Part shown: positions 25,201 to 38,420 of the stretch, piece by piece | Layout of the letters: each line of letters opens with the position of its first letter | Numbering within the stretch: position 1 is the stretch's first letter | Assembly (NCBI GenBank): GCA_030324005.1 | Contig: JARDVH010000025.1 | Coordinates: 42,415,542-42,479,395, forward strand | Reading direction: 5' to 3' | DNA: 63,854 bases | From: Negaprion brevirostris | Lineage: Eukaryota | Translations under genes and position numbers: made by a program | Notes under the pieces: model-generated | What the model saw: the letters and a program-made list of their open reading frames with translations, nothing else | The model's database searches: none | What the model was told of the DNA's origin: nothing

Positions 25201-25832
25201 CAACTGCAATCGAGGGTGAATAATTATCTCCTTAGAGCTCCATCCCTCGTTTAGACTGATGTGGAGCGGAAGGTGATGGTCAGCCATGCCACTGAGTGTA
25301 GGGTGATGTCTGGAGTTAGAATGAGCAGGTACATGTCATTACTGTCACCATATGTTAAATTTTGTGTGCAAACCATTAGATCATTGAGAGTATAGGCTCT
25401 GTATTAAAGCTAATGCATCCAAACAGGGAAATAAAAACTATTAAGTGTTTATGTTACCTGATAGTCATTTTCTTTTTGCTGAAATGTTTCCATCCTCATA
25501 ACATGCAGAACTGTGCACAGAAATCGGACCTGAAATGAACGTGGGACCAAAGGATTTTGATAATAATATTTTAAAAATCAATCAATTTGCAGTCGCACAA
25601 AGGGATCTTGGAATCACCTGCCATTCTGACATAAAATGGAAGTCAAAATGTTTGCAAAATTGGAAAAATACCAAGAAAAAATGTCTTGATGCCTTGCATC
25701 CAGGTCCATTGTGGTTGCAAACAGTTGACCCAGTGTTGCTCCGTTATGTGTGCGTTGTTGTCCTTTCCAAGTCAATAGAAGATTTTTTTTTATATAAAGC
25801 TACAGAAAATAAAAAGTTTGGAGGACTGTTTC

Positions 25833-26130
25833 TCATTTCCTGTTCTTTTCCTCCTTGTCTCCAGTTTTGCTGCCTGCCTCCCCACCAGATGTGTGTCTAT
25901 TTGGGTTGTTGTTTAGGAACATCTTGTCCAGTCCCTTTAATGCTTCCGTCAGGTAGTTCTGGACAGCTGTGAGAGCAGCACAAATGGCAGGAGAGCCAAA
26001 ACCATGCGTAATGAGGCTAAAATGAGTCAAACAGCTCTGGATGCCTGGGTCTAGAATGGGGTTGGGCCTGGTGTTCCCCAATGGAGATCGATCCTGTGCC
26101 AGCAGATCTGTAAATTCTTTGCAAAGTTGC
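25833..26130 (-). CDS. TFAP2B: TFAP2B exon 7 coding part (298 bp, to TGA)
   Basis: Acceptor ttttcttaacccccag. Encodes [98 protein letters not shown] (ORF 25833..26180). Confidence 0.97.
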
Positions 26131-26959
26131 CTGGGGGTTAAGAAAACAAGACAAAAGAATGCTGCCGTCAGATAACACAAATCAGNNNNNNNNNNNNNNN
26201 NNNNNNNNNNNNNNNNNNNNNNNNNNNNNNNNNNNNNNNNNNNNNNNNNNNNNNNNNNNNNNNNNNNNNNNNNNNNNNNNNNNNNNNNNNNNNNNNNNNN
26301 NNNNNNNNNNNNNNNNCGGCATTGAGTTCCAAAGTATACGAATGTCTACAATAGTCTTCGCTACAACTACAATTGTCAAAGAAGTCAGGATGTTTTTAAT
26401 GGAATCTCAAATGTTCTCAATTCCCGTAATGACCCACGGATGTGAATCTTTCTTTAATTTAGTAAGGAATGAACGTAGGGGTGCAAACTAAATATAGATT
26501 AATCTTATTGTGAAATAATTCTGTTGAAAGCAGCGCAGGTTCATACGGGTGGAAGAGTTAAGGTTAGGTAGGGTCACACGTCTACTGGGGGGAGTCATTT
26601 TTCAACCAATAACACAAGACCGATAGCAGCATAATTTGGTCATTGGAAGCAAATATCTTGCGCCTTAAGAAGTGCGCGAAATCAGAAATCATTACAAATG
26701 AACACCCCGACGAACACATGGAAAACTAATTCAAACAGGGCATTTTGGAATCGAATCAGAGAGGGCATGAAATCTTCAGGGGAGTTAATATTTAAAGAGT
26801 TAAATCGCAGATTTACAATTGTGGATCCCAGTGAAAGTCAAACAGTTCTCAGAGCTTTCCGTTCGCTGTTCGTAAAGGCACTGTATGGTATAAACTTCGT
26901 TCTGTCTAGTTTCTGGTAATTTAAGGTTTTTTTTAAAAGAACATTGTTGAACATTGACA

Positions 26960-27086
26960 GGGCGGAATTTTACTGGCACGTCCGCCTAGGTATCGCACGA
27001 TCCCGCCCGAGGCCAACAGAAAATGCCATTCTCCGAGCCGAGCCCGCCCCTGGAATCGGGGCTGGCATGTTGGTAAAATTCCGGCC
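26960..27086. mobile_element. ~127-bp MITE in intron 6
   Basis: TIRs gggcggaattttac / gtaaaattccggcc. Confidence 0.75.
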
Positions 27087-27372
27087 TGAGTGATTAGGGA
27101 GGCACATTAGGTCAGCATGCTGTTACTTTACTTCCAGTGAATCGGGTTAAATCCAGATAGACAGGGAAATAGAGGTCATAGAGTTTCNNNNNNNNNNNNN
27201 NNNNNNNNNNNNNNNNNNNNNNNNNNNNNNNNNNNNNNNNNNNNNNNNNNNNNNNNNNNNNNNNNNNNNNNNNNNNNNNNNNNNNNNNNNNNNNNNNNNN
27301 NNNNNNNNNNNNNNNNNNNNNNNNNNNNNNNNNNNNNNNNNNNNNNNNNNNNNNNNNNNNNNNNNNNNNNNN

Positions 27373-27748
27373 AATGTCCCTCTGGATCCTTTTGTATCTC
27401 TCCCCCCCCCCCCCCTTTAAACCTATGCCCTCTAGTTTTAGATTCCCCTACTTTTGGAAAAAGATGTTGACTATCTTCTACCTCATCTATACCCCTCATT
27501 ATTTATAGACCTCTATAAGGTCACCCCTAAGCTTCTTACACACCAGGGAAAAAGTCCCTGTCTATCCAGACTCTCCTTACATCTGAAACCATCCAGTCCC
27601 GGTAGCATCCTAGTAAATTGTTGCCTGGTTTAATGATATCATTATATTTCTATAGGGTGACCAAAATTGTACTCAATATTCCAAGTCTGGCCTTAGTAAT
27701 GTCTTGTACAACTTGAACAAGACGTCCCAACTCCTGTATTTAAATGAA
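27373..27748 (-). mobile_element. CR1 RT C-terminal and 3' fragment in intron 6
   Basis: MRGIDEV.SQHLFPKVGESKTRGHRFK (ORF 27176..27499), with upstream RLRGDLIEVYK-like sequence. Confidence 0.85.
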
Positions 27749-30700
27749 TGTTTGTTCTATTGATTGTCCGAATTGAACTCCCCAGACTGAGCGATGGGAT
27801 TAGGGAGATACCTCAGAGGTTCAATCTCGGCAGTGGTTCTATCACTCACCCCGCGAAAGAGCCAGAAAACCCAGGGAAACGATGTGAACCGAGCAGGAAC
27901 CAAACTGAAGTCAGAGAGGACCAGTGGGAGGTGCTTCCCCGACTTTCCATCCCAACGAAATCCGCCACCGCACCCCTGCCCCACCCGCCCCCCTCCATGC
28001 GAGCAAATTGATATTTAAAGTCTGCTTCTAAGGAACTTGAACCTTANNNNNNNNNNNNNNNNNNNNNNNNNNNNNNNNNNNNNNNNNNNNNNNNNNNNNN
28101 NNNNNNNNNNNNNNNNNNNNNNNNNNNNNNNNNNNNNNNNNNNNNNTCTAAGGAACTTGAACCTTAGCTTGACTCTAAGATAGTTTCTGTGTCATGGCTT
28201 GAGTATAAGTTTGGTCTAATAGGGTGAAAATAATTTAAAAGAATTTCTGCAAGAGGTAACACCACACTTGTATTCAACATTGCACGCAGTGTATTTCTAA
28301 CACATGTTTAATCTGGAATTTGAAGTGAAGGAGGCCCTATGGTGCTCTTGCACATTTTCCCAATCTATCTGGCTGGGAATGTCCACAGGGTGCTCTTGTC
28401 TCTGAAGGTTTAAATTCCTCAGTCTCCTGAACGGGACATTTGCAGTTCCAAACTGAGAGTACAAACTAGTCCCTGCATGGTTGGAACTTAGACCACAGCC
28501 ACCCAGATCAGACCGGAAGCTACCGTATAATTGCAACACCTGACCTGGAAATAATGAATATGTATACGGAGTGTTGAAATGGAAAAGTGTTCCCATTTCC
28601 CAGCATTAGCCTTCTTCAACTTGACACACAAATGATCTCACCGAAACACTCCCTGAAGAAAATATTTGAAGAGAAAGGTTTCACAATGAAGAAAATTAAA
28701 ATCTCAGAACACTGAGCGGTCATTAATACACTGTGAATTATTTATAATCTAACACCCTGTTGCCAACTGGATTAACAATTTACCGAGTAGTATCGTTTTC
28801 GGAATGACAAGGCTGGCATTACTAGATTACTTTCTTCTGTGTCTAACGGCTCTGCATGAGGTTCCATGCCAGTGCCACCGACATGCAATGCAGGATGCGC
28901 CATTACATTTATTTGAATATCACGTTTTCTTTGTTAATCTTATCAACGGCCAGAGAATATAGAATTGGGAGTGATTACAGGACAACAATTTCATTAAGGG
29001 AGGCTTGTAGAACACAAATTATGAGAAAGAAGTCTAAAAGGATTAGTGGCATCATTTCAAACCTAAATTATCATGCAGCGATGTAATCATTTCCACTGTG
29101 TAAGTTTTAATTCAACAACATATAGACTGTGACGTTCATAAGGATATTTCGGACCCACTTAGAATATTCGGATCCACACCAGAATATTGTGAATATTAAT
29201 ATTCAAAGTATTCTACGCCCCGGGTGCTGGGTAGACCCACTCTGAAGAATTAGGATGCATTCAATGGTTTCATGAATGATCAACAGTTAATTTCTGGGGA
29301 ATAACCCAATTACGATATGCTATACAGAAACAACTTTTTTCCAATAAAAATACAAGAACATGTATGGTGAGTAGTCTTCAATGACCATGAAATTATGCGT
29401 ATCTCAATGGCGCATTTGATAGAAACTGACAACAACACCGCACAGGATGAGAAAAGATTGGTGAACTTGGAGGCAAAAATATCTGTTATCATTATTGTCG
29501 ATATCATTAATAGTGAGAATTGTTGAGTAGCTAGCCGGAAACTTTTGTAAATGGGGCCAAACAAATCATTGCTTTATACATGAGCCTCAAATAATGAAGC
29601 TATCAAAATGTAACTTTATGTACCTTTGTACTTTGAACATCCCCAACAACAAGAACAAAGGTGCACCACTCCTACACAAAGCTCTTAAACACCTAATGAT
29701 GGTGGATAGTGGTGTCGAGGGAGGGGGATGGGCAGCAGGGAGATGCGGTTTAGTCTGGCCGAAGTTTATTTGCGGAAAACCCACAAGCGATATTAGGCGG
29801 AGGGCAATACCGGCCACTTTGCAGTCGGAAATCCTGATGACAGCAAATGTTCAATGAATTATATTTTTAAATAACATAATATTTGTTTCTTTTTTTGCGT
29901 TCTCCGTCTCTGTTGTTCTTTCCCCGACCCTATGCTGTTTTCTGTGTGTGTGGTAAGGTTACACGCATATAAGAGAGACGCATAGGAAATTGCTGTGGGA
30001 ACATTCTAAACGCCTGCATTCATCGTCCTTGTAATTTTTTTTACTATGTAAAGTAGGAAACGTTCACTGTGAAGGATTAATGGCAGGGAAGCCAAGCGCT
30101 TCTAGTCTTCAAAGAAAAAGAATCGCCTGCAAGCAATTAAACTTCTGAGATTGTAATATCTTCTGACCCGGCGGAAAGAAACAATTAAATTCAAATCACG
30201 TCTAGCTAACATCTGGACAAATTTGAGCAAATGATTTTTCAGTCTTTTCTTTCCAAAATCATTGGTGGGAATTTTAGGGGATTTGTTATAAACAACCACA
30301 AAGACATTTTTAAAGACATTATTTTGTCTTTGTCGGATCTGATTAAAACTGCAAGACTCATTAAGGTTTGGAGTAATTATTTATGCTGTTCTGAAAACTA
30401 TTTTTTTAAACTCTAGTGTACTGTGTAAAACAAACCATGGGCTTGATCATTTAAATGCATCTAAGTGTTTAGCACCCACTTTTCCCACTGAATGAAATAA
30501 TGTTTTAAAGTTTTGGGAACTCCTATTTAATGAGTTTTTAAAAGGTATAAAATCAGCGACCAGTTTATGCAATTCACCATTTTGTTTCTGTCCACTTCAA
30601 CTGTGTGTTGATGCATTTGTTGGAAAAAAGCCTAAAATCACAGCGTTTGGAGCTTTCAGTCAGGCATATGCTACTTGAAGCAGATGCGACACAAATCATC

Positions 30701-30811
30701 CACCTAATTTCAAATATCGCATTCTGTTCATGTATCATTGCTGAGCACCTGTGATATTAATCACAACCGATTCTTTCTGCCATCCCCCAAAAGAATAAGT
30801 GAATGACTCAC

Positions 30812-30953
30812 TTTGTGGCCAGAATCATGTTCTTTCGGGAGTGCAACTCGCTGGGGTCTGTGTGCTGTCTGTTCAGGTAGTCGGCCGCAGCTTTGGCAGG
30901 GAATTCTGTTTCACAGATATACCCAAAATCCCGGGCTAAATGCACGGCTTCAC
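30812..30953 (-). CDS. TFAP2B: TFAP2B exon 6 (142 bp), helix-span-helix
   Basis: Acceptor ttttgttctggattacag and donor gtgagt. Manual translation gives (G)[46 protein letters not shown](K). Not in the ORF track. Confidence 0.97.
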
Positions 30954-33900
30954 CTGTAATCCAGAACAAAATAATTTTAATTCATCGTTCATATATAGAA
31001 GCATATGTACTTGCATATGCAAGTTTTCGCGTATATCCTATGTGTACCAATATCTGCATACATATTTATCAAAGGGCTGGAAAGTGAATGGAGCAAAAAA
31101 CTAAATCACGAACAATATTAACCGTGCATTGACCTAATCTGTTATAATTTACATTTCGAGAGTTTTGCGTCTACGTCGCACCGTGCGGTGCTAGTATCAG
31201 TAGTATTAAGTGTCCCTCTCGGGTAGGTTATGTCTCTTAATGTACCATCCTTGCATCAGCTCCGAATATTCTCTGCAGAACCTCCTCTGAGAATTCAGGA
31301 GAATCTCCAAGCTGAGAAGTAAATGGGCTCCCAATGTGTTATATTCTTACATCTAATAAATTTAACATTGAGATGATCTGATTAACAAATATGCATATGC
31401 TAATTTAGCAATCCCTGTCTCCTGTCGGCGAAACTGGAAGGAGAGGTCAAAAACAAGTTATCTACGGCTAATATTTTACACATTACACGCAATTCCAATT
31501 TAAAATCTTCCAGTTTATAATGTTCCATTTTTTCATGATTTACTTTGTTTATACAGATGATAGATAGATAGATATAAATCTATGTTAAGAACAGAGTGTG
31601 GGGAAATAATTCTATATTAAGAATAGAGCGTAGGGCAGGGGTGAGGGAATACCTGGGAAGTTGGAATGGAGTAGATTGGAATTGGAATTATTTGGACTCG
31701 CATCTCACATCCAGATTTTGGTAGGTTTTTAGCTTATGCACAGTTCATAAACATTGAGAGCAAAACTCCCACATCTGGTTATCGATAAAGTGGCTTAATC
31801 ACTAGTGTGAGTATACATTGTCAAAATAAAGCTTCTAAGAATTCAAATGAAACATTTGGGTTAGTTAGTTTTTTTGCAAAATGGTAGCTATGTTGTTACC
31901 GCTTGGCTTACATGTTATGTGTTCAATAATTAGACGGCGCATATACGTTGCTGAGTTTTGTCGGGTTATGTGATGGTTTGCTTTATTTACATCGTAGTGG
32001 CTAAGATATTCGTTATTTACCTCAGGTAGATGTTTAAGTATTTGCTGTAGGCAATCTAAAGCAAATGCCCGTTGAACTACATTCATTCCAAAGCAGTTGA
32101 CTGTTATGAAGGGGCTGACTGTGGAACATTTATCTTTGAAAAGATAAATATTGTAATTAAACGAAGGACCCCCAGGAGTTTCTAACAAGCAGCAACTGAG
32201 TGTTACTTGCCAAAATAACAAACTGCAACAGTGAAGTGTGAGCTTTCAGAATGTGATCAGTAATGTCTGATGGCACTCATGCAGAAGCAAGAAGAATAAT
32301 TACAATCCATCTATCTGTTTGTCTATCTGTCATGGAATATATATTCTGTATATGGATATCCGTCTGTCTGTGTCATGCAAGGAGCTGCTATCCAGCATTC
32401 TCCACATAAAATATTGAGAACTTAGGTGCATTTTCAAATGAGAATTAGAAAAATAGTATTGTCAATTATGGCCAAATAACACGGTGCGATTTATTTCCAT
32501 TGGGGACAATAAACTACAATACAGTAAACAAGACAGTTTACTTTGGAGCAAGACAATTCTTAAATACCACTGTTTGCAAACTTCGTGGGTCAATTAAGAA
32601 CAACTAAACAAATCCTCATCAGAATAATTTATTTTGCCGTAAACTGATAAATACTCTCTTGTTCCCGCCCTCCTCTATCTCTGAGATGTTTTTAAAATGC
32701 AGTTTAAACAGCTCAGACCAGATAGAAAATACCTATTCCCTACATAGCTATTTTAAGTATGCATGTGTGTTTATTAAGAACACTCTGCAGGGAGTTCCAT
32801 GTCACCAACCTTCCCCGCCTGATGCTGATGTTTCAGAGTGCAGGGAAGGCTGGGTAACACTACAAAGCCAAGCTCTGGGGGAATTCCAGTAGATAATGCC
32901 TCAACCCTCCAGCAGTGAATCTTTTCAAACAAAGTACTTTGCAGGGGATAGCTTAGGCCCTGCATATGAAATTGTCACCAGCACTGGATGATTCAAACAG
33001 ATACCGTACAGCTAATGATCAAACAAAACATTGTCTTTTTTAAAAAAATGATTTAGCCCTAATGACGGTGTTGCCATAAAACACATATTCATAAAGTACA
33101 ATTTTCAATTTCTGTTACATCTTCTGGAGAACAGAATTGGGGAAAAAAAACATAGTTTAATCAGCTCACTAATTTTAAATATTTATTATGTTGACCCACA
33201 CAGGAACGATAATTTTGTGTGTGTGTATATATATATATACATATATAAATGAGTATGTCAGAAGCCGTGGTAAACAGAAAATGGGTAATAGACATTCTAC
33301 ATACCTACAATGCCAATTTTCCTATTATGAACCATTCAACAATATTATAAAATATTTCAGTACTATTGCTAGAAGAATACACAAGATCAACGATTCTTTA
33401 GTTGTTTAAAAATGTATAACATTAATTCCATTAATTATTTAATTCATAACCCGACTCAGTTTTCGTAAAATTAGATGGGTTTGTATCTTTTATTGAGAAA
33501 TATGATTTCTTTACATAATCGTGCACACACGAATGACAGTGAATTTTTTTCTAAACATGTTTTAGCCGGTGTTAATATTGGGCTGGGGAAGCGATGCTGG
33601 GAAATTATGAGGGAGAAGAAACGGGTACTCAAATGTACTTCATAGCTGTGCACAGGAAGATAAATAGAAATATAAAGAGGATAGAAGTGTGTGTGTGTTT
33701 GTGCGTATAGGTAACCAGTTTTTTTGAAAACCTAAACATTTGAACATACGAACATTTGAAGACAACTACAAATTATTCATGAAGGCTAACTAAAACCCCT
33801 TATGGCCACAAGATAAATGTACTTCTAACATTTATTATTATTTTTGCACACAATGCGTGTGCAAAATTAGTTAATTAATTATATTTTTTTTCTTGGAAGT

Positions 33901-34213
33901 TCAAATAAATTGTTGGCTTCACATGTTTTTTATAATCGTGAAAGTAAAATAACTATGATATTTTAGTCACTGATTCTCACAACTATCTTCAGTGCAATGA
34001 GCATTGGTTAATATGCAGGCCATATACATAAAATAACGCAGCGAAATGATATCACTGTCAACATGATCTGTATTGAATACGGGCACACAAATAACCATCA
34101 GCTTCCTTGGGTGATTCAGATAAGTTATTGTGGACGGTATTAATTTTGGGACCATCATGCCCATCAGGTCCAGCCAAGAGAGTTCCTTAATGAAAGTGTT
34201 ACCGTGTCTTTAC

Positions 34214-34332
34214 CTTCTACTAGCGAGGTTAGTAAAGTGACATTTGCAGCTTTACGTCTGCCTGCGGGTAAATTTAATCCGATCTTCTCTAGCTTTTCTC
34301 TCAACGACCTTCCACCGTTTTTCGATTTGGCT
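34214..34332 (-). CDS. TFAP2B: TFAP2B exon 5 (119 bp)
   Basis: Acceptor tttattgttttcag and donor gtaaag. Manual translation gives [39 protein letters not shown](G). Not in the ORF track. Confidence 0.97.
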
Positions 34333-34964
34333 CTGAAAACAATAAAGAATACATTTTCAAACTCTGCAATACAATAAGAAGCCGTCTTTAAACTATGTGT
34401 GTTTCTATGTAGAACCGTTCAAAGACTACGCGCGTCCACAAGATTTCATACATCCCAGAAAAGGAAGACTCTATTAAAAGGTGACTCTGCACACGAGATT
34501 TCAGCGGAAATTTATAATGATACCCATGGGCCAAGTCATTATTTCTTAAAGATGCAGTTATACAGCTATTTTCATCTTAACAGTGAGCTGTTTTGGATGT
34601 GTATGAACCCAAACATGGCAGTATAATTGGAAGTCAACTCCCAAGGTAAACCCAGTACACTAAAGGCAGGAAATTGTGACATCATGCTTCGGGACTCCTT
34701 CTCCCACCATTTTGAGTTCACATGAGGTGCAGTCTAACGTCAGGTCAAAGCAAGGCCATCTTTCAAAATACTGAATTGGTCAATTAAACGATCTTGGCAC
34801 TTTATAAACTTTTTTTTATTTTAGGAGGTGATTTTCTCTTGTTTCCTCAAGTCAAAATCTGTATTTTCCTGAGTGCATTGGAGGTGAGACACTGTTGGCA
34901 GCATAACCTTGGTGAACCAGCTAACGACTCCACTAGCCTAACTCTGGTAACTGCAAACTAACTG

Positions 34965-35468
34965 CAGCCTTAGAGTACTGCAGCCTCAGGGAACTGCAGC
35001 TCAGGGTGTTGCAGCTCAGGATTTTACAGCTCAGGGTATTACAGCTCAGGGTGTTGCAGCTCAGGGTGCTGCAGCTCAGGGTGCTGCAGCTCAGAATATT
35101 ACAGCTCAGAGCATTGCAACTCAGGATGTTACAGCTCAGGGTATTACAGCTCTGGGTATTGCAGTTCAGGGTATTGCACGTCACGGTACTGCAGCTCAGG
35201 GTATTACAGCTCAGGGCATTACAGCTCAGAGTGCTGCAGCTCAGGGTACTGCAGCTCAGGGTATTACAGCTTAGAGTGCTGCAGCTCAGGGTATTGCAGC
35301 CCAGGGTGCTGCAGCTCAGGGTATTGCAGCTCAAGGTATTGCAGTTCAGAGTGCTGAACCTCAGGGTATTACAGCTCAGGGTATTAGAGCTCAGGGTATT
35401 ACAGCTCAGAGTATTAAAGGTCAGAGTATTACAACTCAGAGTATTACAGCTCAGGGTATTGCAGCTCA
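34965..35468. repeat. 15-bp minisatellite, left arm (CAGCTCAGGGTATTA/G; ~33 units)
   Basis: Directly visible. Produces the spurious VLQLR and CNTLS repeat ORFs. Confidence 0.97.
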
Positions 35469-37637
35469 TAAAACATAGAACATTACAATGCAGAACAGGC
35501 CCTTTGGCCCTCGGTGTTGTGCCAACCTGTGAAACCAATCTAATGTCCATCTAACCTACACTATTCCAATATCATCCATATGTTTATCCAATGACCATTT
35601 AAATGCCCTTAATGTTGGCGANNNNNNNNNNNNNNNNNNNNNNNNNNNNNNNNNNNNNNNNNNNNNNNNNNNNNNNNNNNNNNNNNNNNNNNNNNNNNNN
35701 NNNNNNNNNNNNNNNNNNNNNNNNNNNNNNNNNNNNNNNNNNNNNNNNNNNNNNNNNNNNNNNNNNNNNNNNNNNNNNNNNNNNNNNNNNNNNNNNNNNN
35801 NNNNNNNNNNNNNNNNNNNNNNNNNNNNNNNNNNNNNNNNNNNNNNNNNNNNNNNNNNNNNNNNNNNNNNNNNNNNNNNNNNNNNNNNNNNNNNNNNNNN
35901 NNNNNNNNNNNNNNNNNNNNNNNNNNNNNNNNNNNNNNNNNNNNNNNATCACCCCTCAATTTAAAGCTATGTCCCCTCCTGCTAGCCATCTCCATCCGAG
36001 GTAAAAGGTTCACACTGTCCACCCTATCTAATGCTCTGATCATCTTATATGCCTCTATTAAGTCATCTCTTAACCTTCTTTTCTCTAACGAAAACAGCCT
36101 CAAGTCCCTCAGCCTTTCCTCATAAGACCTTTCCACCATACCAGGCATAATCTTGGTAAATCTCCTCCGCACCCTTTCCAATGCTTCCACATCCTTCCTA
36201 TAACGCAGCAACCAAAACTGGACGCAATACTCCAAGTACGGCTGCACAAGATTTTTGTACAGCTGCAACATGACCTCATGGCTCCAAAACTCAATCCCTC
36301 TACCAATAAAAGCTAACACACCATACGCCTTCTTAACAACCCTACCAACCTGCATGCCAACTTTCAGGAATCTATGCACATGGACACCGAGATCTCTCTG
36401 CTCAACCACACTACCAAGTAACATACCATTAGCCCAGTGCTCTGTATTCATGTTACTCCTTCCAAAGTGAATCCCTTCACACTTTCCTGCATTAAACTCC
36501 ATTTGCCATCCCTCAGCCCAGCTCTGCAGCTTATCTATGTCCCTTTGTAACCTGTGCCATCCTTCCGCACTGTCCACAACTCCACCGACATTAGTGTCAT
36601 CCGAAACTTGCTAACCCATCGTTCTACGCCCTCATCCAGGTTATTTATAAAAATGACAAACAGCAATGGCCCCAAAACAGATCTTTGCAGCATACTTCTA
36701 GTAAATGAACTCCAGGATGAACATTTCCCATCAACCGCTACCTTCTTGCAGCTAGCCCATTACGAATCCAAACCACTAAATCACCCTCAATCCCATGCTT
36801 CTGTATTTTCTGCAATAGCCTACCATGGGAAACCTTATCAAACATTTTACTGAAATCTGTGTACACCACAACTGCTTTATCCTCATCCACCTCTTTGGTC
36901 ACCTTCTCAAAGAACTCAATAATGTTTGTGAGGCACGACTTACCCTTCACAAAACTATCCCTAATCAAATTATTCCTTTCTAGATGATTATAAATCCTAT
37001 CTCTTATAATTCTTTCCGAAACTTTGCCCACAACAGAAGTAAGGCTCACTGGTCTATAATTACCAGGGTTGTCTCTACTCCACTTCTTGAACAAGGGGGC
37101 AACATTTGCTATCCTCCAGTCTTCTGGCACTACCCCTGCAGACAGTGACAACCTAAAGATCAAAGCCAAAGGCTCTGCAATCTTCTCCCTAGCCTCCCAG
37201 AGAATCCTAGGATAAATCACATCCGGCCGAGGGGACTTATCTATTTTCATACTTTCTAGATCTCCTCCTTATGAACCTCAATCCCATCTAGTCTAATAGC
37301 CTGTATCTCAGTATTCTCCTCGATAACATTGTCTTTTTCCTAAGTGAATACTGATGAAAAATATTCATTTAGCACCTCTCCTATCTCTTCGGACTCCACT
37401 CACAACTTCCCACTACTGTCCTTGACTGGCCTTAATCTTACCCTCAACATTCTTTTATTCCTGACATACCTATAGAAAGTACTAGGATTTTCCTTGATCC
37501 TATCTGCCAAAGACTGTACCCCCCTGGCTCTTCTTAGTACTCTCTTTAGGTCCTTCTTGGCTAACTTGCAACTCTCAAGTGCCCTAACTGAGCCTTCATG
37601 TCTCATCTTGACATAAGTGTCCTTCTCCCTCTTCACA
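35469..37637 (-). mobile_element. Relatively young 5'-truncated CR1 LINE inserted in the minisatellite, same orientation as the gene
   Basis: Long intact ORF2 segments (KSPRPDVIYPRIL..NYRPVSLTSVVGK..KSCLTN..DFSKMFDKVSH; WQMEFNAGKCEGIHFG..LEYCVQFW..RRLRDDLIEAYK) and a ttctatg-type tail. Possible TSD agctca/agttca. Confidence 0.95.
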
Positions 37638-38420
37638 AGTTCAGGGTATTACAGATCAGGGTATTACAGCTCAGGGTATTACAGCTCAAAGTACTGCAGT
37701 TCAGGTTATTGCAGCTCAGGTTACTGCAGCTCAGGCTATTACAGCTCAGGATATTACAGCTCAGGGTATTACAGCTCAGGGTATTGCAGCTCAGAGTGCT
37801 GCAGCTCAGGGTACTGTAGCTCAGGTTATTACAGCTGAGGGTATTACAGCTCAGGGTATTACAGCTCTGAGTACTGCAGCTCAGGCTATTACAGCTCAGG
37901 GTATTACCGCTCAGGGTATTGCAGTTCAGAGTGCTGCAGCTCAGGGTACTGCAGCTCGGTGTACTGCAGCTCAGGGTATTACAGCTCAGGGTATTACAGC
38001 TCAGTGCTGCAGCTCAGGGTATTGCAGTTCAGGGTATTGCAGCTCAGAATATTGCAGCTCAGGGTATTACAGCTCAGGATATTGCAGCTCAGGGTACTGC
38101 AGCTCAGGATATTACAGCTCAGGGTATTACAGCTCAGGATATTGCAGCTCAGGGTATTGCAACTCGGGATATTACAGCTCAGTGCTGCAGCTCAGGGTGT
38201 TGCAGCTCAGGGTACTGCAGCTCAGGATATTGCAACTCGGGATATTACAGCTCAGTGCTGCAGCTCAGGGTATTGGAGCTTAAGGTACTGCACTCAAGGT
38301 ATTGCAGCTCAGAATTTTACAGCTTAGGTATTGCAGCTCAGGGTATTATAGTTCAGGATATTGCAGGTTAGGGTTCTGCAGCTTGGGGTACTGCACTCAG
38401 GGTACTGCAGCTTCAGGGTA
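37638..38420. repeat. 15-bp minisatellite, right arm (~52 units, some shortened variants)
   Basis: Same unit as the left arm, decaying at the right end. Confidence 0.97.

Larger units (their letters stand above)
20725..25832 (-). other. TFAP2B: Putative long (~5.1 kb) 3'UTR of TFAP2B
   Basis: Follows the stop codon and is almost free of transposons. Ends at an AATAAA with upstream TGTA motifs and a U-rich downstream tract. The extent is inferred. Confidence 0.5.

Noticed and set aside
25535-25972. 145-aa plus-strand ORF antisense to exon 7 and the 3'UTR
   Set aside because: No recognisable domain. Only a short QRDLG resemblance to CR1, and it partly shadows the real exon.
34965-38420. CRISPR-like periodicity
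   Set aside because: Head-to-tail units with no unique spacers, no cas genes, and a vertebrate context.
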